The position numbers were made by a program, and so were the translations under genes. This document shows, in pieces, positions 9,273 through 17,126 of a stretch of 32,000 nucleotides of DNA; within the stretch, counting starts at the first letter, position 1; each line of letters begins with the position of its first letter. The DNA comes from Alkanindiges illinoisensis DSM 15370 (GTDB lineage Bacteria; Pseudomonadota; Gammaproteobacteria; Pseudomonadales; Moraxellaceae), in assembly GCF_000619845.1 (NCBI RefSeq), contig NZ_JHUX01000003.1, positions 940,064 to 972,063 on the forward strand. Reading direction: 5' to 3'. Under the pieces are notes generated by a model. That model saw only the letters and a program-made list of their open reading frames with translations. It had not been told where the DNA came from and did not search any database.

Positions 9273-10298
9273 TCAATTTTCGCCATAGCCTTCCGGATTA
9301 TTTTCCTGCCAGCGCCAGGCATCCTTTAGCATGTCTTCCAGCGTATGTTCAGCTTGCCAGTCCAAGCCCTGTTGGGCCTTGGACGGGTCTGCCCAGAATG
9401 CAGTCAAATCTCCTACCCGCCTTGGCGCAACAGTATACGGTACTGCCTTAGCCGTTACATTCTCAAAAGTCTCTACAATTTCCTTTACCGATATGCCACG
9501 CCCTGTACCCAGATTGTAAATGTGTACCTGTCCATCCTGTTGCCTGACTGAAGCCTGCAATGCCTTCACATGCCCCTTCGCCAAATCCACCACATGCAGA
9601 TAATCCCGAATGCATGTACCATCTGGCGTGGGATAGTCACCCCCAAATATTGACAGTTGGGCACGCTTACCCACCGCAACCTGAGTCACAAAAGGCAATA
9701 GATTATTGGGAATTCCCTTAGGGTCTTCACCAATCAAGCCTGAACAATGCGCACCAATCGGATTAAAATAGCGCAATAAAGTCACAGTAAAATTGTTTAC
9801 TGCTGCACTTGTACTGGACAGTATTTGCTCAACCATGATTTTGCTTTGTCCATAAGGATTAGATGCCGTGCCCAAAGGCATCGTTTCCTGATAAGGGACT
9901 GGCGCTTCTGGCCCATACACGGTTGCGGAAGAGCTAAATACAAAATGCGGAACATGGGCAGCTACAGCCGCCTTAATCAGGCAAAGAGAACCGGTCACAT
10001 TATTATCAAAATATTCCAGTGGTTTTTCGGCGCTTTCTCCCACAGCCTTTAACCCTGCAAAATGGATAATTCCATCAATATGATAATTGGCAAATATTTT
10101 TTTCAGTAATGCTTTATCCCTGATATCTCCTTCAATAAATTCAACCGTTTTATGCGTAATATGTGCAATCCGTTCAAACGCCTTTCTGGAACTATTGACC
10201 AGATTATCCAGTGCAATGACGGTATAGCCTGCGTTCAATAACTCTACAATCGTATGTGATCCAATATAACCTGCACCACCAGTAACCAAAATATTCAT
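9273..10298 (-). CDS. galE: UDP-glucose 4-epimerase
   Basis: 341-aa ORF with NILVTGGAGYIGSH (GxxGxxG) and the catalytic YGQSK (YxxxK). It looks collinear with GalE-type short-chain dehydrogenases. Confidence 0.93.
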   Translation of the reverse strand: MNILVTGGAGYIGSHTIVELLNAGYTVIALDNLVNSSRKAFERIAHITHKTVEFIEGDIRDKALLKKIFANYHIDGIIHFAGLKAVGESAEKPLEYFDNNVTGSLCLIKAAVAAHVPHFVFSSSATVYGPEAPVPYQETMPLGTASNPYGQSKIMVEQILSSTSAAVNNFTVTLLRYFNPIGAHCSGLIGEDPKGIPNNLLPFVTQVAVGKRAQLSIFGGDYPTPDGTCIRDYLHVVDLAKGHVKALQASVRQQDGQVHIYNLGTGRGISVKEIVETFENVTAKAVPYTVAPRRVGDLTAFWADPSKAQQGLDWQAEHTLEDMLKDAWRWQENNPEGYGEN

Positions 10299-10394
10299 GC
10301 TTTAAATTTAACCTGCTTACCTTAAAAGGCTTTAATATTCTTTAGTAAATGTATCGCCAATCATAGCCTGATTAACTTTAAACCCCACCATTTT

Positions 10395-11390
10395 TTATAT
10401 AGGTTTCTTAATGATTAGTGCCTGAATTTCCAATCTTTTTTGGGCAGTTTCAGGAAAAGAAAAACTTTCAAAACGGCTTGATTCTGTTTCGACCTGTTCA
10501 GTAGCGGCAAGACTGATAAACAGCTGATTAGATTGATGGACCAAGCAATTTCCAGTTATAGGCACCATAAACAGCAATAATGCTTTATCCTGCGATACAT
10601 ACCTGGTCGTCAGGTCTTTCACCACTGGTTGATCAGAATTGATATAGAGCGAACCTACTGTCTTTGCTGCATTATAGGCAATACCTACGATTGAGATATT
10701 AGGCTTGATTGGTATGCTAATCTGATCGTTACTCTCCAGACAGGCAAATTCACACTGAAGCATCGAAGTTTTTCTATGAATAGTTTTACGGCTATAAAAC
10801 GCCAGGTCAATTACCTCGTAATGATATTTATAGACAGGCGTCAAGGGTTTAATATCTCTTTTTTCATTTAATATTTCAGCGATTTTTAAACCTAATTCGC
10901 AAGCAATCGGTTTTTGAATATGAAAATCAGCTATAAAACAATCAGCTATGGTTATATTGTTTTGTTTGGCGTATTGCTGAATATATTCAAATCCACTTAA
11001 TATAGGGATATTTAACTCATTGGCAATTTTTTTATAAATCAGACCAGAGATAGTTTCTTTATCAAAAGCTTTGCGTGATGGCATAATAAATAAAAAAGGC
11101 AGGCATCCTTTTTCTAATGCACGTGCTATCCCGTATTCAATGAATTCTCTGATTTGTTTTTTAGTAATTGAACCATATTTATAATAATTACGATCATTTA
11201 TCGCTGTTTCCAGGATGAGCCAGTCAAACTGGAAAAAATCAATCTGACTGGCAAAATAAGGAATAATAATGGATGGCGAAGCACCAATACTATTTCTGGC
11301 TACATGAGAAATATAAGGACTTTGTTCAAGGCCACCAGCGTAACCATCCTTATAAATAGAATTGGAAGTGCCAATTAAACAAATATTCAT
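10395..11390 (-). CDS. hypothetical protein; possible degenerate SGNH/GDSL-like esterase or acyltransferase domain plus an unknown C-terminal domain
   Basis: 331-aa ORF. Block-I-like ICLIGTSNS, block-III-like ETAINDRN, and ADFH where block V is normally DxxH. Residues from about 190 to 331 have no motif I recognise. The start lies 9 nt after the pyruvyltransferase stop. Confidence 0.35.
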   Translation of the reverse strand: MNICLIGTSNSIYKDGYAGGLEQSPYISHVARNSIGASPSIIIPYFASQIDFFQFDWLILETAINDRNYYKYGSITKKQIREFIEYGIARALEKGCLPFLFIMPSRKAFDKETISGLIYKKIANELNIPILSGFEYIQQYAKQNNITIADCFIADFHIQKPIACELGLKIAEILNEKRDIKPLTPVYKYHYEVIDLAFYSRKTIHRKTSMLQCEFACLESNDQISIPIKPNISIVGIAYNAAKTVGSLYINSDQPVVKDLTTRYVSQDKALLLFMVPITGNCLVHQSNQLFISLAATEQVETESSRFESFSFPETAQKRLEIQALIIKKPI

Positions 11391-11399
11391 GTAAATTAC

Positions 11400-12494
11400 T
11401 TAGAGTGCGGCAGTATTATGAATACAGAGAATTTTTGCCACTTTGTCGGCCACCTTTCTTTTTTCAGCCACTCTTAAATAGTCCGATAATATGATTTGAT
11501 CATCATTAGTAGTGAAAAGCCTGGGGCTTGCTATAAGCGGCTTGAATGGAGAACCTAAGGCTAGCACCATTCCATGTTTGGCGTCATAGAATCTGGAGTT
11601 GGTAGAATAATAACCCGTAGCACCACATCTGGCTGCTAACAAATGGGGATGAAATCTGCCAGTGATCATAAAATCTCCCTGCTGTACGGGTAAGCCCATG
11701 TTTAATAACATATGATTGCTCCAGCGTATGATGTTGGGAAATTGCTCAAGCAAAGTTTTATAGACCAGATTATCCTTATGGCTACAGGTCCAGAAGGTAA
11801 CCTGATCAAATTCCTGAAAAAAATCTCTGGTAATCTGGGGTGATTGGCCGGTTACTGAGGCTTCAGTGAAACCGGATAAATGCAGCCAGCGGCCGGTATG
11901 CGACTTTGTATTTACCGGATATAAGAAAGCATCATCCAGCCCTGCAACCAGCATTGAGCAGGAATTTCCTACAATAGTTTGCAGGTCATTGATACTTTGC
12001 TCATCGCGACATTCAAAAAAGTCAAAACCCTGAATAATATTTTTCCATGCCAATTTGTCATGTTGGTCCATAGACTTGAACGGTGAAATTCCCATACCTG
12101 TAGCAACAACGGGAACATCCAGTAATTGTCCAAGCCGGACAACAGTAGAGAGTAACCGTGTGGCATTTACCCAGTTGGCAGAAGTATAGCCACCACCTAG
12201 AAAATGAAAGCCGGTAACTTTATCGAATTCTACTACCGTGGACTCTGCATACTGAGTTCCCAATCGATAAAAATCACTATAGCTGCTGCCTTCATTTTGG
12301 GAGTGACGGGGAATACGGCTGACAAAATGGACATTATCGAATTCTTTAAGCAATCTCGCTGTTGCCTCGTGGCCTTTACCATCTACAGTAATTGGGCCGT
12401 CATAGCCTGCTTCCCGATAGTAACGTAACCAGTACAGCACCAATAGCTCATCACCAAAATTTGGTGCACCATTTCCAGCTAATAAATACAACAT
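11400..12494 (-). CDS. polysaccharide pyruvyltransferase family protein (CsaB/WcaK-like)
   Basis: 364-aa ORF. N-terminal GNGAPNFGDELL (the family's G-x-N-x-GD-E motif) and C-terminal ITGRFHPHLLAARCG (R-x-H ... A). Translationally coupled to the upstream gene: GGGAGAG-TAA-TA-ATG. Confidence 0.75.
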   Translation of the reverse strand: MLYLLAGNGAPNFGDELLVLYWLRYYREAGYDGPITVDGKGHEATARLLKEFDNVHFVSRIPRHSQNEGSSYSDFYRLGTQYAESTVVEFDKVTGFHFLGGGYTSANWVNATRLLSTVVRLGQLLDVPVVATGMGISPFKSMDQHDKLAWKNIIQGFDFFECRDEQSINDLQTIVGNSCSMLVAGLDDAFLYPVNTKSHTGRWLHLSGFTEASVTGQSPQITRDFFQEFDQVTFWTCSHKDNLVYKTLLEQFPNIIRWSNHMLLNMGLPVQQGDFMITGRFHPHLLAARCGATGYYSTNSRFYDAKHGMVLALGSPFKPLIASPRLFTTNDDQIILSDYLRVAEKRKVADKVAKILCIHNTAAL

Positions 12495-12496
12495 TA

Positions 12497-13561
12497 TTAC
12501 TCTCCCGCTTTAAATATTTTATTTTCATGAATACTGTTGTTGGAATTAACAGTCGGATTATTGGTTTTAATGGCATTTATTAACGACGCATTATGTATTT
12601 TATTATTTTTAATAATATTAAACTGTGCATGATCGAGATTACTTAAACTGCTACCAAAGGTATAAGTAGTTTTTCCACTCGCCTGGTCCGCTTTACACCA
12701 GCTTGAATGTCCATCTCTGGAGCCAACATATACTGCTGGTTTATTTGAAATACCGGTGTCATAGTAAAAATCATTGGCAATAATCTGATTATAACTTGGC
12801 ATGGTATGCCTTATTTGCTGCCGCTCCCCACAGTTTCTATACAAATAAATTCCACCTTTGGTTCCTACATGATAAAACTTATTATTGGTAATAGTATTTT
12901 TTTCAGAACCATCTATTGCAATTAATTCCCTGCCCGTGTCCAGCTTAAATATATTACCTTGAATCACATTATTGATGGATTCGGCATCCAGATAAACTGC
13001 GGCGCTTTTGGCTTTGCCACTAATCATTGAATCGATTAACTGGACATGATTAACACCAGGAAATACATATAAAGGCGTTGCTCCTTTAGACTGTATATTT
13101 AGATTTTTCAGTGTAATATTACTGGGTGCTATGCTACGAATCATACTGACATAGTCCTGCTGTCTGGATGCTTTCACAATTTCATCACTTGAAAGCCCAT
13201 TTCGTATGCTGATACTCCCCAAAACCGTACAACCCTGAATGGTAATATTTTCAGGTTTACTGTAGTTAATATTGCCTGTCGCCGGATCAATTACTTTTTC
13301 GCTTTTTATTTGCACATCAGAAATTTGTGCTGAATTACAGTTAATAGTTGTTCCACTGGCACCTGAACCTTTGATAACGATCTTTTTGCTAACTATTTGA
13401 CCCTTGTTTAAGGTAAGATCACAGTCAACAGCTACATCCTGTTTTAGCGGATGGGTGCTCGATAAAATGTTAGCCAGTTTGGCAGCGCTACACACCTGTG
13501 CAAAAGCCTCATGGCTTAAAGTCAATAAAATAACAGCCGTTATTAATTTACCAGAATACAT
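12497..13561 (-). CDS. secreted right-handed parallel beta-helix repeat protein (polysaccharide lyase, hydrolase or epimerase-like)
   Basis: 354-aa ORF with the signal peptide MYSGKLITAVILLTLSHEAFA/QV. Repeated beta-helix rungs of about 22-25 aa rich in I/V-x-G/N (ITIQGCTVLGSISIRNG, ITLKNLNIQSKG, VIQGNIFKL, NTITNNKFYH, IIKNNKIHN). AGGTGA lies 7 nt upstream of the ATG. Confidence 0.7.
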   Translation of the reverse strand: MYSGKLITAVILLTLSHEAFAQVCSAAKLANILSSTHPLKQDVAVDCDLTLNKGQIVSKKIVIKGSGASGTTINCNSAQISDVQIKSEKVIDPATGNINYSKPENITIQGCTVLGSISIRNGLSSDEIVKASRQQDYVSMIRSIAPSNITLKNLNIQSKGATPLYVFPGVNHVQLIDSMISGKAKSAAVYLDAESINNVIQGNIFKLDTGRELIAIDGSEKNTITNNKFYHVGTKGGIYLYRNCGERQQIRHTMPSYNQIIANDFYYDTGISNKPAVYVGSRDGHSSWCKADQASGKTTYTFGSSLSNLDHAQFNIIKNNKIHNASLINAIKTNNPTVNSNNSIHENKIFKAGE

Positions 13562-13581
13562 CTTGTACTCACCTGAAAAGT

Positions 13582-13608
13582 GATAAGTAGTGGATCAAAC
13601 TACTTATC
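13582..13608 (-). promoter_or_regulatory. intercistronic hairpin between the GT fusion gene and the beta-helix gene
   Basis: Perfect 10-bp inverted repeat gataagtagt (13582-13591) / actacttatc (13599-13608) with a 7-nt loop, inside the 87-nt gap. On the transcribed strand it is followed by acTTTT. Confidence 0.5.
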
Positions 13609-13648
13609 TTTAATTTAATGCTTAAAATGCCCTATTTATCTGTCGAAT

Positions 13649-16099
13649 TTATTTTCTTAAGGTTCCTAAAAATACCTGTTTTAAGATTGGCGCACCGAAT
13701 ACATGTGAATCGGCAAAAAATGCTTCCGGATTGCTTAATAATTTATATTGTTTTTTTTCAGGCAAGGTGCTCATGAACAACCGATGCATTAGCATAAGCT
13801 GCTTATCCTGAATCATCTTGTTGGAAGATTTATTATGCGATTTAGCAGATGCAGCAGGCTTTTTTTGTCCTTCTACTGGTGGTTTTGTTATAGCCTGATG
13901 TTTGGCAACAGATTGAGTAATAGGTTTTGGAGGTGTTTTAGTCTCTTCAGTAATAGGCTGCGACGTCTCTAACATCATTCTTGAGCGCCAGCCCAGATAG
14001 CTTTTTTCTGAAAACTTGTATCTGGAATTCAGGCCAATATTATATGACCTGCCACGCCAGCAAATACGCTCTACAATAATTTTGTCATAGCCATGCGCTT
14101 TCCGGGATTCAAACTCACGAATGACATCCTCTGCGCTAAACCAGCTATATTTTTCAAAAATCAGCCAGTCAAGCATCTTCAGCACAGCATTCTCGTCAGG
14201 ATGCCACCATGCCTGAAGATTAAGTACATCGATTAGCTCATCAGCTGAAGATATGGCTGTAGCCAATGTACCCCCTAAGCCATAATAAGCATTACCAAAA
14301 TGGTAGACTGGCTTTTGATGCAATAAGGCTAATAAGCCTACCCCTGAGTTATAGGTAACAACCAGATCACAACAATCAATAATGGCATGCACATTATCGC
14401 CTGAGTGAGCCAGAATCACATTGGATGCTGCTTTTAACCACTCTGGATTTTCTTTGCTGAGTGGATGTTGCTTAATCACAAATAGGCAATCTGGTCTGGT
14501 TTCTACCAGTAATTTGATTTGCTGTTCATAACTTTCATAATTGATATAACCCTCAGTAAAGTAGTTGACCGCCATATCATCCCGAAGCTGTAGCGGAATA
14601 AAGACCTTATTTAGGGTACTTGTCCTAAACAGGGTATACTGAAATGACTGCCAGGTCTTAATATACTCATCGCTGGCTTCCAGACTGGCTTCACCAGCAA
14701 TGATATAATCGCGGTATTTTCTGGCCAGCTCCAGATTCACTGGTTGCCGTTCCTGCAAAATTGCATTGGCTTCCCGATAATCAGAATCGCCATAGGCCAC
14801 TTCATCAGCATAATAAATAGTATTGGGCAAGCCACCGCGCTCAATAATCGTTACTTTGGTTCCTGTGCGGCGTGCATATTCAATCAACCCTCTAAACCTT
14901 ACATGACTTTTCATGTAGGGATTAAAGATAAAGATTTCATCAATCTGTGAATTTTCCAGTAAATGATAAGCATTTTTCAGGCTTTCATCATCACCATTGC
15001 TCAGGGTTTTAAGCTTAAAGCCCAGATTGCGTAATGGCAGAAAATAGCCCCAGTGCTTTTTATCACTAAAAATACATAATGCAGTTTTTTCACGCGGAAG
15101 ATAATCAATCTCCAGTATGTTTTCCCGCTTATTCAGATATTGCTGAATAATTTGATTAAAACGATTTCTTTTCCAGTCATTCTCCGCAGTCCAGTATCCC
15201 TGTCCAGCAGGTTTTTCATGATACATATGAAATGCTTTTAATCCCATTGCCTCTGATGGCATGGTAAACACTTCAATAAAACGTCGAAAACCTAAATAAT
15301 CATTGCCTGTCCAAAAAGAATCTTTAAGTGGGCCATAAAAATCCTTATCCATTGAATCACTTTCTGGAATAGTTGATGCAAACAGACCCAAGCGAATAAA
15401 AAATTCAAAATCTTCTGAGCCATGACCCCGAAACGCATCACAGTAACCACCGGCCAGATTAAATAAATCCTTGTGGATAAACATAGCATTACTATAAGGG
15501 GCAACAAACTCAAATTCCTGTCCAAACGCCGTACCTAAAGCTAGCCAGGACAGATCAGCAATAAAATGGTCTTTATCTTCGGCGGTATTTAATGCAAAAA
15601 ACTGTGCTGTTGCTTCTTTGCCAACATGAAATATGGGCATGGTTAGCATTCGGCGTGGGTATCGTGCAATTTCCAGCCGGTTCGCCATATTGGCTAATTT
15701 CAAGAAAATATCCCGGTCATAGACATAGTCAATGTCTGATAACAGTACCAGATCGGTAGGTGCCAACTGAACCGAGATATTTCTGGCTTTTGCCAGCGCA
15801 AAAGTATTCTTATCGTCTACATAGTGGTAGTGTGCCCCTAAAGCCTGACACTTTTCACGAATAATGGTGGCATAAGGTTCTTCTGAACCAAAATCTACAA
15901 TCTGGATATAAGGCTGGGGATTATAGTAGTTGAGTACAAATTCCAGTCGCTCTAGTACCCAAGGATTGATGGCACTGGCACGTATACAAATACAAAAAGC
16001 AATATCTGTGGGGCTGTACTTCTTTTTATCCAGTGAAGTAACAATTTCCAACCCAGAAAGACTAGGAGATTTATAGGTTAACGCTGCCAAATGTGTCAT
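13649..16099 (-). CDS. two-domain glycosyltransferase: N-terminal GT-A (GT2 / beta-4-GalT-like) fused to a KpsC/KpsS-like capsule-biosynthesis (beta-Kdo-transferase-type) domain, with a Lys/Pro-rich tail
   Basis: 816-aa ORF. GT-A part (about aa 30-300): IQIVDFGSEEP, the DxD motif in LLSDIDYVYD, and FRGHGSEDFEFFIRLG, which resembles the GWGGEDxxL motif of the GalT C-terminal region. KpsC/S-like part (about aa 335-700): ERGGLPNTIYYAD, IPLQLRDD, VIKQHPL and VVTYNSGVGLLALLHQKPVYHFGNAYYG. Tail: TKTPPKPITQSVAKHQAITKPPVEGQKKPAASAKSHNK. Confidence 0.75.
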   Translation of the reverse strand: MTHLAALTYKSPSLSGLEIVTSLDKKKYSPTDIAFCICIRASAINPWVLERLEFVLNYYNPQPYIQIVDFGSEEPYATIIREKCQALGAHYHYVDDKNTFALAKARNISVQLAPTDLVLLSDIDYVYDRDIFLKLANMANRLEIARYPRRMLTMPIFHVGKEATAQFFALNTAEDKDHFIADLSWLALGTAFGQEFEFVAPYSNAMFIHKDLFNLAGGYCDAFRGHGSEDFEFFIRLGLFASTIPESDSMDKDFYGPLKDSFWTGNDYLGFRRFIEVFTMPSEAMGLKAFHMYHEKPAGQGYWTAENDWKRNRFNQIIQQYLNKRENILEIDYLPREKTALCIFSDKKHWGYFLPLRNLGFKLKTLSNGDDESLKNAYHLLENSQIDEIFIFNPYMKSHVRFRGLIEYARRTGTKVTIIERGGLPNTIYYADEVAYGDSDYREANAILQERQPVNLELARKYRDYIIAGEASLEASDEYIKTWQSFQYTLFRTSTLNKVFIPLQLRDDMAVNYFTEGYINYESYEQQIKLLVETRPDCLFVIKQHPLSKENPEWLKAASNVILAHSGDNVHAIIDCCDLVVTYNSGVGLLALLHQKPVYHFGNAYYGLGGTLATAISSADELIDVLNLQAWWHPDENAVLKMLDWLIFEKYSWFSAEDVIREFESRKAHGYDKIIVERICWRGRSYNIGLNSRYKFSEKSYLGWRSRMMLETSQPITEETKTPPKPITQSVAKHQAITKPPVEGQKKPAASAKSHNKSSNKMIQDKQLMLMHRLFMSTLPEKKQYKLLSNPEAFFADSHVFGAPILKQVFLGTLRK

Positions 16100-16195
16100 T
16101 AAAAACCACCAACTATTTAATTATTTATATAGAAAGTGTGCGTCGTTTTTATGACAAAACCATTACAAGAAAACAAAAAGAGGCCGTTATAGTCC

Positions 16196-16214
16196 ATCTA
16201 TTAACTTAATAGAT
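16196..16214. promoter_or_regulatory. candidate operator: 9-1-9 perfect palindrome upstream of the glycan cluster
   Basis: atctattaa-c-ttaatagat at 16196-16214, in the AT-rich 182-nt gap upstream of the GT start at 16099. A third copy of the half-site (atctatta) lies at 16234-16241. Confidence 0.4.
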
Positions 16215-16281
16215 ACAGATGTCATTTAGATGAATCTATTATTTTTAATTAGGAATAATTTTATAAGCTAAAAATATCATT

Positions 16282-17046
16282 TTATGAAGTAGCAGGTTTG
16301 AGAGAATATAAAAAATTCATTATATCCCGAAACACCTGTTGATGATCAGCTTCCTGCATCAGCATGTGGCCAGAGTTAGGATAATTTTTGATTTCCTTGA
16401 CTGTTGAACCAGCCTGATCATAAATAATTTTTGCACTTTCCTGATAACAAACATCATCAAGCTCACCTTGCAATACCTGCACAGGACATTCGATACTTGG
16501 CAAGTGCTGGCCTGTTATTTGCGTAAACTTACTCAATTCTTCTAACATCGAAAAATCCAGCTGGGCAAATTCCACCAACTCCTGCTCAATTTGAAAGGCC
16601 GATTTTTGCTCAAACTTTTTATACTCTTCAGCATAACTGATCAGGCGACGCCGTAAATCATCAACCGGACGTTTTTGAATCGGTGAGCATAAGGCTGTCA
16701 CACTGGCTAATGCGTGCTGCTGAGCCAGTCGCAAGGCAAATACACCACCCATCGAATGACCTACAATACTGATTTTTCCATACTGATAACTTTGTAGAAA
16801 CTCTAATGCATTGACAGCATCCTGCCACCACAAGTCAACACTGCTATGCACAATGGCTTCAGCACCTATACCATGTCCATGATAAATTGGTGCACAACAG
16901 GCAAAACCACAATTTTTTAGAAATGTGATGAGCTTTTTTAAATCCTGCGGTGTACCAGTGAAACCATGTAATAGCAAAATGGCATGCGAATCAGCCGGAT
17001 GGCTGGTCGGATGAAAAATCGGCTTGGGGCGTGCAATTTTAAACAT
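16282..17046 (-). CDS. alpha/beta-hydrolase, carboxylesterase-like
   Basis: LLLHGFTG (oxyanion region), the nucleophile elbow VGHSMGG (GxSxG), and a C-terminal GH (NSGHML). I chose the ATG at 17046. The ORF-track start at 17085 is a TTG, and the 13 residues it adds precede MFKIARPKP, which already looks like the protein's N-terminus. Confidence 0.8.
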   Translation of the reverse strand: MFKIARPKPIFHPTSHPADSHAILLLHGFTGTPQDLKKLITFLKNCGFACCAPIYHGHGIGAEAIVHSSVDLWWQDAVNALEFLQSYQYGKISIVGHSMGGVFALRLAQQHALASVTALCSPIQKRPVDDLRRRLISYAEEYKKFEQKSAFQIEQELVEFAQLDFSMLEELSKFTQITGQHLPSIECPVQVLQGELDDVCYQESAKIIYDQAGSTVKEIKNYPNSGHMLMQEADHQQVFRDIMNFLYSLKPATS

Positions 17047-17126
17047 GCGAATATTGAAGTACTGGCAGAGTATCCAGTCTAGCAATACAAGCCTAAGATT
17101 CAGTAACTGTCTGGTTAATCAATGAG

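Noticed and set aside
10299-16281. Search for island boundaries (direct repeats, att sites, integrase, IS ends) around the AT-rich glycan block
   Set aside because: I found only trivial similarity (ccacca) between the two edges and no mobility gene. Horizontal origin is therefore inferred from composition alone, and I do not annotate a mobile element.
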